DNA from: Eledone cirrhosa
Lineage: Eukaryota
Reading direction: 5' to 3'
Assembly (NCBI GenBank): GCA_964016885.1
Contig: OZ024745.1
Location: 43,772,001-43,836,000 of the forward strand
DNA: 64,000 nt
The translations under genes and the position numbers were made by a program. Position 1 is the stretch's first letter. Each line of letters starts with the position of its first letter. Shown in pieces: positions 12,554 through 26,699 of this stretch. The notes under the pieces were generated by a model, which saw nothing but the letters and a program-made list of their open reading frames with translations, ran no database searches and had not been told where the DNA came from.

Positions 12554-13819
12554 AAATGTTATTTAAAACCATTTGCAGATTAAAAAAACAAAACTATCTT
12601 CATGATGGAGCTTCAATCGGAGACGGATGTATTTTATGGCATTTTAAACAAAAATAAGAAGCATATAGTTTAATATATATTTTTATAAAATTTGCACCCA
12701 TATAAAAACAAATGTGAAAACGTTAATGTAAACAGCCTAATTCTATAGATAGATATACTACTAGTAAAGAAACAAAACTGATGCAAACTTTTTCAACTCA
12801 AAATAGCTAAACAGGGGGCTCTTTGTATGAAGACAAGCCCAAATCAGTAGGAAATAGTTTCTAGAAAAAGAAAAAAAAAGTAATTGGAGTAAGATTAATG
12901 TTTTCCCCTCTCCTATTCTCACCCCTGCCTCCAGTGAAGGGATACTTTGTGTTTGGCTTAGCCAGGAAAAGGAAGTTTTTGAGAAAGAAAAAAAAAAAAG
13001 TCTTTGAAAAATCTCAAGAATGTCTAGCAGAAAGGACGTTTTTTTTTTCTTCAGTATATCTCACATTATCAGGAAGTGGCAGACATTGCTCTGTAATACT
13101 ACATTAGTCATTAAAAATAAAACTAATAATAAAAATAAGATTAAGAAATTATGGTATGACATATGTCAAAGTTTCCTAAGAGGTTTAAAGTATGACAGAC
13201 ACTGTCACATTGAGGAATCAACATTTTATTTATAAATCTTACTAAGACATAATAATGAATAAGATTGAAAGAAGTAGAAACTGTATTGACAAACTCAAAA
13301 CTAGGATTAATTTTATAAAATTTATTAACAGTTTCTAGTCATTACTGACTTCACAAATTTATATAAACAAGATTTAATATATGAAAGTAAAATTACTATT
13401 TTTGTGTAACTGAAATTGAATTTTATTTTCAGATAAACCGACTTATAAAAATTAAAATTTATTCTAGAGTAAACCAATTTACAAACAGATTGACAGGGTT
13501 TAACACATTCCTGTCAAACAATTTAACATAAAGACCATTATTTTAAGGAATGCCAACAGAATCAAGGGAAACAATTTATTATCTGGGTAAAAGCAAAATT
13601 ATCCTGAAGAACCAACTCATGCAAGCATGGAAAAGTGGGCATAAAAGGGATGATGATTGTGATCATCATCATATGAAAAACTGAAAATCAACTACCACAA
13701 AAGAAAAAGAAATGAAATAAGGATTTTATATTATCCTTATGGTTATTTAACTTGGTTTAATGGTTATTTTTCTTGGGAATAAAAACTTGTATTGTTGAAA
13801 AAAAAAAAAAAAAAAAAAA

Positions 13820-15112
13820 GAATACTGTCATTGCCATCAGTTTTATGTCAACTTTTCCATGCTTGTATGGGTGGGATGAATCCTCTAGCACAGCTTTTTC
13901 CATCCTTCTACCTGTTGTGTTTTTTTGTCCTTCTGAAACCAGTTTTCACCACTTTTACCCAAGTTATCCTCAGTCGTCTTACGAAGAAGCGGGCACCAGT
14001 TGCATTGTCATGGCACAAATCCAAGCTGTATCACATCTAATCGGATTCTTTTCTTAATTAGTTGTGCTAAAAATCTTTCTGCTACTTTCCTAACTTGATC
14101 CATCAATTTGATGCCTCTAGTTCCTCCATTCTAAGACATCACCTTTGCCCTTATAGCTGTTAATTATATTGATACTCCATTCATCAGGTATAACAGTGTC
14201 ATGTATTACCTAGTTGACTACATGAGTGACTAGCTCAAGCTTTACTTCAGATATTTTCAGCACTTCTGACTACTGCTGATGGCCCAACAGCTTTTTCTTT
14301 CTCTGTATCCTTAATGGCCTCTTTAATTTTAAAGCTGTCAACCTCAATAGCTGGCCTCTCTTTTAGGCCTACTGAGAGTAGCCTTTCTTCTTCCCATTTC
14401 TCCATATTTGAGACTCTTCATAGTAGCATTTCCAACTTTTTTTTTTTAGTGTGAGTAAGGTTAAGTGCACTGGTGGCATTTAGAACAGTTTTCTCCACCA
14501 ATGTCTTAATTCACAAACACACACTGCTTTGCATTCTGGAATACCTCATACCTCTGATTCTCTCATCACAGAACATTGGCACATCTTTTATTTTCAGTTT
14601 CTCTCCATCCTATGTAAACCTGATGTCTAGCTTCTCTTTCAACTATTTGATATTGATTTTGCTGCTCCCTTCCTTCCAGCCTTTTTAAGCCCGTCTTAAC
14701 TTTTATGGATCTATCTACAAACTATTCCACCACCATGTCACCTTTTGTCTTGCTGGAAATTTGCTCTTAATGGCATGCAACAGGTTGTCTTGTAAAAACT
14801 TGCAGAAACAGGTTGCCTGTTATATTATAAGCATTTAACTTTTCCTCCTTATATCTCATAAAACCTTTCTGAACCTATCTATAATTTAACAGATATTTAA
14901 GTTTCCACATGCTTCCTTCACCAGATTGCCCTTTGTCTCCGAGTGTCTAGTTTTACTTTAATGTCATTAATAATTAGTCAATGTTGGGTAATACATTATT
15001 CTGCTGGAAAAGACTTAGTTTTTACAACCATGAACCTTATCCATAACCAGTGTATCTCAGAATAGCCATCCTCGTGATGCTCAATATGTCCATTAAAGTT
15101 GCCAACCATGGG
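13820..15112 (-). mobile_element. Decayed RTE LINE with 3' tail
   Basis: Minus strand ends CCCACCCATACAAGCATGGAAAAGTTGACATAAAACTGATG, the same tail as the 2400-2862 element. Body is heavily degenerate and its limits approximate. Confidence 0.6.
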
Positions 15113-17582
15113 GTGGTTCATAAGAGGTTTCAAAGACATGGTCCTTTTATTTGATTGTTAGCTCCGTGAAACCACAAGAAAATATGTAAAATATTTCCTT
15201 GCAATTTCAGGAGCAAGGTTATTAATAACTTTACAGATATATAAACCTATATTAAGTACACAAGATTAACCATTTTGTTATATTTCTAATAAAATACACT
15301 GCCAGAATGAAACAAATCTGATCTCCACAGACAAATTTGATTTTATCTTGTATCATGAAGTGAATCTGCAGAATAATAAATCTGCAGGATAAATCCAAAT
15401 AAATTTCTAAATTTAAACATTAGCTACCCGACATTTGTCACTTATTGTGAAGATCTCAGAAGACTACAATGCTTACCAAAGAATGGGAATTATTAAAAGG
15501 ACAGCTATGAAATAACTTTTTTATTTATTTATTTAATGCTCTAAGTACTTCTTTTTACATATTTTTAAAAATAGTTTCTATGACCAACATGTGATGATAG
15601 AGTATGTATCACAGCACATATTACATTGTAAGTAAAATCAAATTTTGAATGCCATATGCTAATTCAACTTTAACAGGAATGTTTAGAAGAAATTAACATT
15701 CAAGTAGAAACTTTAAATTTTTCAGGATAGTTCTTGTCAAGTGCTTGATGTTTTGGTTCAGAAAATATTTCAATATTTTGAGAAAATAGCAATGCTAGGT
15801 GGATTATCTTTTATAAGTTTTCCTTTTTGTATACCGAAAGGACATCATAAACAAAACAGGTTCAATATTAGTTTTCATACAAAACCTCACTAAATTATCA
15901 GGTATCAATTAGATACTGGTTAAATTGTCATCAAAATAACTCATTAAAATCAATGTAAATTTTCTAAAGATATTCAAAGAAGAATCTATGTATTTTATTT
16001 GTTCCAGTATTTTCATAGAAATAAACCCTACAAATGATTTCCAACTTAAATTAGGACTACATGGCTATGGCTGTTTCAAATTAAGTGCATTGTAATTCAA
16101 AATATTTGTCGTAATTAATGGACTGTTTTACTTATTTTTAATAAGATAACTAAAATCTGTTTAACCAGATTACATAATTTTCTAACTCACTTAAAATACA
16201 ATATACAAACCAATTCATGTCCTTGTCTCATTCATACATCTAAAATATATATAACAAATATATCACTACTTAATTCAATAGAGAAATCCAATATAAGATT
16301 TCACAAAATGAAAGATTTGAAAATAAGGAAAATATTTTGTCAATAGTTAAAACATTCACAAAGCAATGCTTTCCAGCTTCCTAAGGGCACTCTAATACCA
16401 ACAAACATATTTGAATAAGGGATCAAACTGGACCATAACTCGTGCTCAATTATTCACATACTATAGGTGAGTTTGCTAATAAATAGCTGGTATTATCCAA
16501 CAGGAGGGAAAAAAATATAAACACACCATTTAAAAGTTACGAATTCAATACTATTACAAATTGATTACTAATATCTACAATATGACAAGAAAACTGAATT
16601 GCAACCATGTCAACAAACATAGGAGACTAAGTAATGAGACTCATTCATGCCAAAATGTCTCAATTTTAAAATGATTAATAAAAGCAAAAAAAGAATGCCA
16701 AGAAAATAATAAAGTAAAAAAAAAAAAATGATAAAATGTAATAGATGCTAAATCTTTGTTTCAGTAAGAACTAACGATAACATGCTAGCTTAAAGGTAAG
16801 AGTGTTGGCACATTTATGCCATTCACCCAGATTTGAAATAGTTGGTAGTACCGCATGTCAATTAATACAGCATTAGTTCAACTTAGGTTTCTTTATAAAT
16901 TTCTTTGAGTTGCTTGAGACCTTTAACAACATTGTTACATCACACTTTGATCATCAGAATTCAACTTTTCAACAGAGTTTCTATTCAAATTTATCAAAAC
17001 AGTCTCATCTTTTTTGGTTCTTTTTAAAGCAGTGACAACAGCATTTCTTTCTTTCACTGAACATCTCTCTTAATATTTCTATTTCTTTCCTTCACTATTT
17101 CATACTTTCCCTAAAGTGAGACTAAAGCAATTTCAAATATCGTGATGCGATTGCAAAATTTGAAACTGATGCTTAATTTGCATACACATGCATCTACTAT
17201 AGAGAACTGGCACAAAGCTATACATTCAGGAAAGTGTATAACTGATATTGACCACAGAAGGAAGAAAGGCTGAAATGATATCATTGGTTTTTAAACTTGA
17301 AACATAAATGGGATGTAACTAAATAATACAAGTATTTTGTCCTATGTTCAACCAATTCCCCTTAATAATAATACAGAACATCAAACCTATACTAATTAGA
17401 AATTTTTAACATAATTTTTCCATAATGTTTTATAAACTAGCAAGGATTGGACAAGTCATCACAGATGAAATCATTACTTAATCAGAACTATTGAACATCT
17501 CACTGTTGGGTTGTAGGCCTGCATCTCTTTTACATATGTTCCCATACTCTAAACAGTGAAACAAGTGCATTTTATGTGAAGT

Positions 17583-17805
17583 TTAACCAAATAGCATTTA
17601 AACCGGCTGTATCCGGCCAGAATTCTCTCACCTATTTCTGTTCAAACCAGTTGTAACTGACCATTCATACCAACGTTAAAGTATTGTTCTCAAAATAAAT
17701 ATCAAAATCTCGTAGATTCGATATTATGTGAAATAATTATGTGAAGTAAAGCCTTTACCATGAAAATATAGTAAATATAGAGTAATGTAAATAGTAGTGA
17801 GTTAA
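17583..17805 (-). mobile_element. TTAA MITE family A, copy 2
   Basis: Reverse-oriented homolog of 851-1061, TTAA at both ends, eroded TIRs. Confidence 0.85.
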
Positions 17806-18880
17806 AATACGTATAAGCAGTACTTCACTGAGTTTTGAAGATAGTCAAAAAACTGGTCAGAGACTGAAATATTTTCTTGCCCCAATGCAGCTTTGGCAAT
17901 GTTAGTTATGTGAGGTTACCATGTAAGATTATGAAGCCTAGCTTTTGTAGTGATCAAGGATTTTGGTGGTTGGTTGTTCATGTGTTATTTCCTGGATATG
18001 TGCAGTAATAGAGTCTTAGTACTGTGAAATAAACTAGGTTTTCATCTCATTATTTAAGAATGTTTGAGCTCTACAAGGAATTGTTGCAAGTGTGGTGAAT
18101 GCATGTATAGAAGGTTAAAGAAAAGAGTGAAGTGTGATTGTATTATTAACATTTGAATATGTAAGCAAGACATGGTCCTCACCCTGTCTAGAAAGACATT
18201 AACTAAGTATTAACTAGGTTTGTGATGACCCATCCAACCTATGATGAGAATGGGAGTGTATGGTTAATTATATTATGAAGTAATTCAATACTACACTAAG
18301 AAATAACTTAACAAAACCTGTCACAATTTAGTTTGTTGTCAAAATTGCTTTTGGTAATTAAGAAAGAAACCATAAATATATATAAATATAAACTTCACAA
18401 GGCGTGAAATTTGAAGAGGAAAACCTAGTTAAAAATAAAATATGAGGAAAACAATTGTTTAAAACTAGAAGCCTTTGTGACAATTGATATTCTGTTGGTT
18501 TGTTTTTTTAGTTTGAGAAGCACAGCTAATGTTTTCAAGACTATTCAGAAAGCAGTATAAAGATAACTGGGAAGAGTTAGTGCAATTGATGCTTAATTTG
18601 TATAGTTACAAAAATCAGCAGCTGGGAAGAGAACATACCAAGAGGAGTGCTTCAGAGATGTGCAGCATTGAAGAAATGTAGGTTTACTACCCAAGAAGTG
18701 AGACACTGTAGGGGTAATTGGAGAAGTATCAGCAGATATAATAACAGAAGAATATTTTTGTTTTCTTTAAATATCAAATTATCTTTCTAACTTAAAAAGT
18801 GCAAATATAATGCATAAATCTTGATTAAAAAAAAATATTTACAAGATTATTTGAATAGTTTTGTTTTTATTGTACTTTAC

Positions 18881-19037
18881 CTTGAAGCATGCTCCGGTAG
18901 GCAGTGTCTGTGATAGCGAAAACATGGGGTGGTACTTCATGTCGTTTTTTTCCACGATAGAGTTCAATAACCTTATCCTGGTAAATAGGTAACCTCTTGT
19001 AAGGGTTCACCACAACACAGAACAGTCCAGAATATGT
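18881..19037 (-). CDS. zip: Non-muscle myosin II heavy chain (zipper/MYH9-10-like), internal motor-domain exon, 157 nt
   Basis: Minus strand reads ...CTCTTTGCTTATTTGCAG|ACATATTCTGGA...ATGCTTCAAG|GTAAAG. Encodes [70 protein letters not shown] and the following DREDQSILCT fit the non-muscle/smooth class rather than striated MHC. Phase 0 in, phase 1 out. Confidence 0.96.
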
Positions 19038-19199
19038 CTGCAAATAAGCAAAGAGATAAATATTGTAACATGTGGCTTTTTTCATTGCATCTTTTTATTT
19101 AGACTATTTCAAATATTAAAAGCCATAGAAAACATGCAAAACAAAAAGACAACACCCCCCCCCCCCCACACACACACACAAATGTTAATGGAATGATAA

Positions 19200-19578
19200 A
19201 ATGCTGGTAGGAAGGGCATCCAGCTGTAGAAACCTATGTCAATGAGTCAAGAGCATGACTAGCTCCCTAGTGATGGTGATTTCATAAAATGCACCCAGTA
19301 TATTCTGTAAAGTGGTGGAGGATAGGAAGAGCATCCAGTCATAGAAAACCTCCCAAATAAAGGGTCAAGGGGACTCTTCAATTGTGTCCGAGGCATGACA
19401 ACCTCCTTAATGCTGGTACCATGAAAATGCACTTGGGGTATTCTGTAGAATAAATGTGGGATTGTGTAAGCAAGATGTGGCCCCCAGTCTATCAGTAGCT
19501 CCAATTAAGTACTGACATGGTCTTTGACTACATGTCCAATCCTTGCTAGCAGGGAAAACAGATGTTAGATGATGACGC
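19200..19578 (+). mobile_element. RTE-tailed SINE-like element just upstream of the myosin exon acceptor
   Basis: AGGAAGGGCATCCAGC, AAAATGCACCCAGTA and TCAAGGGGACTC modules; GATGTTAGATGATGAC tail; similar to 8845-9332. Confidence 0.78.
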
Positions 19579-22500
19579 CTAATAATTATGTTCTCAAAGA
19601 GCTCAACAAAGTACTTTGTGTATTTTACTGTAATCTCACTTCATCATTGATACTTTTTAATCTACAAACTATACTGACATTTTGATAAATTGCACCCAGT
19701 ACACACTAACATGGTTGGGTTTAGTAAGAGCATCCAATCATAAAAGCTATGCCAAAATATGAAACAGATGAGCAAGATGTGGCTCTCCTACTCATCATAG
19801 ACTATGATGATCCATCTAACCCCTGCCAGCATGGAAATCAGGCATAAAATGATAGTGATGATAATTTTAACTGTTTTATTCTTTTTTTTTTTAGTAATAT
19901 TGAAACTACTCCCCAGGTTCAGTTACGAGTGCAGAGATCAAGTTTTAGTATGGGTATTCACCTCCCCTGCCATGAAAAAACAGAAAGGACACAAACAAAT
20001 ATACACATACATGCAGGAAAGTAAGACAACTTATTGAGTTTATTACTATTTTATTTTTTTAAATATAAGTGTCAACTGAGAACAGAATTCATATGCTACT
20101 TGGAGATATGAACACCATTTCAGAAAATATATTAATGAGAAGTTATTTTACTCAAGCCATTGTTTGGCTCATAGAAATGAAGTTTATCCAATAGTGTGAA
20201 ACAACTTAAATATTTACTCCCATACCTTTACCAGAGAAAACACTTGTCTACTACATGCATGCATGTTTCCGTAACTCCCAAGGGAGTCATAGGTTTGCCG
20301 TATTGGCATGTGGTGTTTTTAGGGCATTTTTTAACTTGGCAGAGCCAATCTCCCCTTCAGGCCTAAATACAGCAGATTTCTTCAAGAGACGGATAGAGAG
20401 TGAGAGAACGGAAGTAAAAAAAAAGTTAGAGGAAGAAAAAAAAAAAAAATTTCGATCCCAGTATTAGACTTGTACTTTTTTTTTTTATATATCAACCTCA
20501 AATGGATGAAAGACATAGTTGACTTCTGCGAGATTTGAACTCAGAGAGCAGAAATGAATACCGCAAAGAATTCTATTAATGACTGCCAATTCGCCACCTT
20601 CTGTCTACCACATATATTAAACAAAAATAGTTTTGGCAAGATTCCTATAACTGAGAATTGGGAATCACCCTTCCATAATATCAAATATTCAGTCAATTTG
20701 CAGTAAGCAACACCCCCCCCCCCTACTAACCACAATACTTAGCTTATCAATCCTTAAAGAAGGAAAGACTATGTCAACTTAGGCTCCAAACTGGTTACTG
20801 GCAAGACTCACTTTAAACACACTTTCTTCTACTAATGTTAAATGTTAAGATATAATTCAGTAAATAGTAAGTAGTGTTTAACTATGGGGAGAATAATATT
20901 CTAGTAGTCTTTCAACAAAAAAAAAAAAAAAAAAAAGTAGGTTAACAGAAAACAAACAGCATATCTGATAACCTATAATGGAAGACAATAAATAAAGGCA
21001 GCATTTAGGAAAGAAATGGCTAGGATTTTGATAAAAGTAATAATGAATGTATGTATTGTTCAAAGAATTTAATTAGTATATGTAATTTTGGAAGAAAGCT
21101 GGGGTGATAAAACTGAATAAATAGAATGAGGAAAGCAAAAATTGAAGATAAAAAAAAAGGATAAAACCAAATAAAGGGGGGGGGGGGGAGAATAAGCGAC
21201 ATGAGATATTACAGAGATGGTAACTGAACAAGAAACTATTTGGATAACCAGTAGGACATTTTTAGTGTCAGTAACCTCCGACACTAAAATGTGGTACAAC
21301 AATATTCACCATAAATATTACTCCTTAACTATCATTAAGATGAAGCACTATACAACCTAATTGCTTATAAATTTATTTGTCTTTTTTAGTCAGGAGTGGG
21401 AGGGGGTCCTCAAACTGGAGACTGGCCTGAATGCTTATCACAAAGTAGACTATGTTGAGACACCCAAAGGATAGGTGGGGGTGCTAAATCAGGTGACAGA
21501 TTAATTCTAACACCGAAGTAGACCACAAAAAGAATTTTAAACTCAGAATGCAAAAAAGCTGCAAATTCAGCAGGGCATCTCATATGAAGCTCTAGCAGTT
21601 CTACCAATCTACTACCCTAGACTAGTATTTCATTTTATCTACCCCAAAAGGATGAAGGGCAAAGTTAATTTTGGTAGGTTTTGAATTCAGAGCACAGTGA
21701 ATCAGAACAAACAGTAAGGTATTTTGTCCTATGCTCTAACAACTGCCATTTCACTTATTACAAAGTTTAGTGGTTAGTTGTCCACTAAAATAGAAAAAAT
21801 AAAGTCTAAGAAACAAATTATCTTGTTTTGACAAAGATATGTGTGTTGAAATGCACATTTAAAATATCGCAAACCATTCCCTGTAAAAACAGAGAAACAT
21901 TTAGCTGATAAACAACGTTCACATTGTTTCAACTAGTATGTTCTCAGGGTTTAAGGAGAGCTATACATAGTATATAGATAATAAAGTAGCACAACATTTT
22001 ACTTCTCTACTTTGGAGCTAGAAACTTAAATGTCTTTTTAAAAAATCTTATGAGATTGAATAAATAGATTTACTGTTCAATGTTGGTACTACACAAAAAG
22101 CTTATATTAATACTTCTTACTAGCTTAATATAGACTCCCAGAACTAAACCAAAGACCTAGAAGATACATATGTAGCTATACATGATGCAATAGTTGACAA
22201 ACAACCAAACACGACCCAATGATAGAGCCTATAGCCATTCAATTTGATATAAATAGCAGCCAAATCTACCTTAAATCACACTACAATCTTAAAACAGAAA
22301 GGATACACTTGATACTGTAACCCTAGATACTGAATAAAAGCTAGTATGGTCATAGCTTGAACACTTTTCATCACAAGTCGATCATTGCTAACCTAGGCTA
22401 AACAACAACAACAAGCAACTGAGCTAAGTAATGCTGATAATTTCTGCACAGAAATAAATTTTATAGATTACATTGCTCATCTTATATATCTTATAAATGA

Positions 22501-23352
22501 CAAATCCATACTTTTTATCTTTCACCTTTACATTTGTAGTGATAGAACAGGATGGATTAATTATTAATGTCCTATACCACATTAACAGGACATTCTTGTA
22601 AAATACAAAGCAGGTTATATTTACCAAGAATTACACAAAGATACATAATATTCATTTTTATAAGATGAAGTGGGATAGAAAAAAAAGTGTTTCATTATAA
22701 CTGCTAAATGTCATCCTCCAAAATGCACAGTTTGATCACAAAGCAATTAAATGTATTAAAAGTAACATTTAACTAAACAAAGAATTCAAATAGAAAGCAT
22801 TTTTTATATTTAAGTTTTTATAACTATTTTTATTTAGAAAGGTATCTGATATCAAACAATTTTAAATCAAATTATGAAATAAACTTGACAATGAGGATGA
22901 TAGAATTTTCTTAATGAATCCACAAGAACTAGATGTCTCATAATGGTAGCTTTTAATATATATTAAGGTTTAAATGCTACCTACTTAGGAGGAGGGCTAA
23001 CCTGGTATTGTTAATTGGGAAATGTATAAAATTCAGATTAACTGCACAAAGAGTAACAATCGCATGTACATAAAAGGTTAAAGAAATGTACATGTAGTAT
23101 CACACTACAGACCATAAAAAGTAGTTCTACATAAGACACAAAAATAAATGTAGTGATTGATGATAGGCTACAGTGATGGCAATTAAATGGACACAATATA
23201 GGGTTTGAAAGGACATTTCAATCTGGATGAGCATGTGTGACAACCTCTAGTGCTGGTGCCAAAAGATTAAAAAAAAAAAAAAAAAAAAAAAACCCTATTA
23301 CATTCTGTAAAGTGGTAGTGATGGTGCCATGAAAAAACACCCAGTATAACCT

Positions 23353-23575
23353 ATGCGCAAGCATCGACTTTCAAATGCGAGACATGCTAACCAGGACCCC
23401 CATGAAAAGAGGCAAAGAGGACATCGCAAGATGAACTGGCAGCAGAAATCGACAGACCTGAGACCCATCAACAAAAGATGGAACGATGTATTGATAGCTG
23501 CAATAGACCATGGTCATTGGAGCACCTTGGCTGCCTCATGCATCTTAAGATGCAGGAAATTCTGAGTTTAAGTCA
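23353..23575 (+). mobile_element. Fragment of a second RTE-type LINE inserted in a modular SINE (about 23235-23708)
   Basis: PHEKRQRGHRKMNW...DLRPINKRWNDVLIAAIDHGHWSTLAASC then CTGAGTTTAAGTC. The host breaks after CACCCAGTA and resumes at CATTAGGAAGGGCAT. Confidence 0.7.
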
Positions 23576-24214
23576 TTAGGAAGGGCATTGAGCCATAGAA
23601 ATCATGCCCAAAATGGAACAATGTATGTGCAAGAAGGGTTGCTCTGAAACCATCTGGTTTCAGACCATAACTCATCCAGCATGGAAAGCTGACCTAAACT
23701 GATGATAAACATTTAATCTTGTTCTAAAATAATTTGCAGGTTAAACATCCAAGGGAGAACATATATAATAATCTTTCAGAACAAGACTATACCCAAATTT
23801 AACTAGAGTAAAAGCTTGTGGAAAAGTTTCAAATTTTCTTACATTAGTACAAAGGTGACTATTTCAAAGAATGATTTTAACTAGATGCAGTAAGACATCA
23901 ATAATATATTTCTTGCACTTAAAAACCTTTCCATGGTTATATGATGCCATATCATACCTAACAAGAAGACTAGAAAACTGCCTTCGGTTTACCCTTGTTT
24001 CTATACTAGTTTTACAAGCTAAAGAGCAACAACATTACAAAACATTATCAACTCCGTATATTATTACATCAGCACACAAAACTTAATTCATGTGTCTCAG
24101 AAATAATAAATGATTTATTAAAAAGGTTACTGAGGTTTTTCATGCTTAAAATGAGTAATCTCAAAATAATTGAGAAACAAGAGACTACATAAAAAATATA
24201 TTTATCTTCTTTTT

Positions 24215-24450
24215 TTAACCCTTTCATCATCATCCCACCCAAAGTCACCCCTGATTCTATGAAACTAAACCACCCATTTTAAAAAGTTTGTATCCAAATT
24301 AAAATCTTTCAATATAATTTCAGATAAGAACCATATGTTAAATTACTATCTTAGTAATGAAACAATTATTTTAGTAAACCCCTCAAAATTATTCATTAAT
24401 TAATTGAAATATAGTGTATTTCTTTGGCAATACAATCACAAAAGGGTTAT
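24215..24450 (+). mobile_element. TTAA-CCC MITE family B
   Basis: TTAACCCTTT...AAAGGGTTAT; related to 43608-43797, 44887-45082 and 45386-45635. Confidence 0.65.
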
Positions 24451-25240
24451 GGCTATACTGGATAAGAAAAGGAAAGTAAATGGTAGCTTCTTTATTTGTG
24501 CTGACTAATTTGATAGTTTAATTCAGAAAATGTAGCAGAGCTGTACTTAGTGCCAGACTAAACACCCTACTACAACCTTAAATACACATTAACCCAGTTT
24601 TAATTAGAGAAATGAGAAACATCTTCGGAATGTTATAATCCATTACATTTTACTGATAATTCTATGATACAACCACTATGAAGGCTTGTCACACTTGAAT
24701 TCATCTTTCCAGTTAATAGAGAGATAAAAATCACAGGCTATTTATAACAATTTCAAAGCTTCCCTGACTACCTTCCCCCACAATGTTCAGACGTCTGATT
24801 TTATATTCATTTTATATGGGATTTTTTTTTTCTTGCTAGTGTAAATTGAGCAGTACAGAATCTAAAAGACAACTGAATAATTATGGCTCTCATCTGGTTG
24901 ATAAACTAAGATTTTTAAAGTTACCAAAATAAAAGTATTACTTACAGCTTAAATTTAAAATTATGTAATCAATTGTGATACATGTAAACCATTATTACCT
25001 TTGAAGACTGTGCCAAATAGATTACAAAACATTTGAAATTAATTGCATAATTACTGAGTAATTATAACCCTCACTTGTAATAGACTACAGGCACAGTATT
25101 TTAGACCCTAAAGCAAAACATCTTACTTCCCAACTAAAAATAAATAAATAAAAAAGCTGAGAATATATCCCATACATTACTTCAGAGTTCAGTGGTTATC
25201 AGCAGAGAGGTATGGAACCCATCCTAGCATATGTGTGTGC

Positions 25241-25290
<50 letters not shown>

Positions 25291-26699
25291 AAGTAAGAAA
25301 ATTATCTTTAGAAATATTTAACTGAACACTCCTGTTCTAATGATAAGAAAAGAGTGATAGATTATAAGTAGTTTATTTAAAATAAAGAGATTAGTCACTG
25401 TAGGAAACCTTAACAGATACTAGACACATTTGAAATATAACAAATGTCTGCTTGTCCCTCCTTCCTCTTCACTAAACTAGAAAAAAAAAATGAAAGCTAT
25501 AAACTCAATGTTCACATATGTGCATGTGTGTTTGTTTTAACATGGAATACCCACAGATAATGAATATTAAAATTCTAATTAACAATTATTTGGACCAACA
25601 ACAACAAACATGTTTCTCATGGAGGTTTGTGGGATTGGGTCATTGACAATGAAGTCCTTGTCTTTATTATGGCAGTGGACTGGTAGTGGAGTGGTAGTGG
25701 AGTGTCAGACAAAATTTACAACTTTCTACATTTGGGGTTTAAATTCCACCAAGGTTAACTTTGTCTTTCTGGAGTCAATGAAATAAAGAAATAAAGTACT
25801 AGTTAACTACTAGGATCAACATAATTTCCCTTTTCTCCCAGATTGCTGACCTTGTGCCAATGTTAGAATTATTGGTGGCCCACCTTAACATATCAAGTGA
25901 TGCCTGCAAGGGCACTCGGTTATTCTAGTGTATTAGCCTCACTATTACCCATTGCAATGTTGTGTGTTAGCTTGCCTCAGAGCTTAGAAGGAAATTCCAG
26001 CACCCTGCGTGTGCGTGTGCTCATGTCTCCTTGCAATTTTTCTTTTTTTATATATATAAATTGTTTTTATTTCTATGCATAATTATGTAAAGTATTGTAT
26101 TTAAAAAAAAAACCCTTTGGCAGAACACTTTCTAGGGAGCCTCTCCCAATGAATCTCATGAAGAAGATTCATGCTTCAAAATATTGGAAGAATGAGAGAT
26201 AAAATACACCAACTAAAGAAAAAGATTATTGAATTTTAGAATTCCACTAAAGTAGGCTAAATAAGATTCTTCATAGCTTTCTTTATACTGTTCCAAAGTG
26301 AACAGTGGGAAAATACATGGAATTTCTTTTAATGAATTCAGGTATTTGGCAAATAAAACCATCAAAAATATGTGGCAAATAATTGAAGTGGTATAACAAG
26401 TACAATTGAGAATCCAGAGAATTGGGTGAACAAAGTGGGATTCATAAGAGCAAACTGGAATTAATAGAGCATCTGACTAATTCAGGACAACTCATATCAA
26501 GAGTAGAGCTAAGTTCTTAGCAAATTGACTCCACGATCCACCTTCATTATATTCATATTGCTAACACTTTTGAGAAAGAGCAGGGATATCAGATTCACAT
26601 TTCTCCTAACAAATTGGAGACCTTGCAAAAGAATTCAATTGATAAATTTGATGTTTACAAAGCTTTAACTAAACAAAGCTATTGCTTCTTTTATGTCAG

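Larger units (their letters stand above)
4877..18880 (-). other. GT-AG intron of the myosin gene, 14,004 nt, phase 1
   Basis: Bounded by GTAAAG at 18880 and CCACAG ending at 4877. Branch-point-like TAACTGAC with its A at 4898. Confidence 0.9.

Noticed and set aside
13320-13365. Possible Penelope-type minimal hammerhead ribozyme on the minus strand (TGTGA-AGTC..GACT-AGAAAC); similar hints near 5635, 7908 and 32365
   Set aside because: CUGANGA core or stems II/III incomplete in every case; at best dead relics. A covariance-model search would be needed.
18867-19085. 72-aa ORF as a standalone gene
   Set aside because: Only 18881-19037 is myosin-like and it is bounded by splice sites; the rest is intron read-through.
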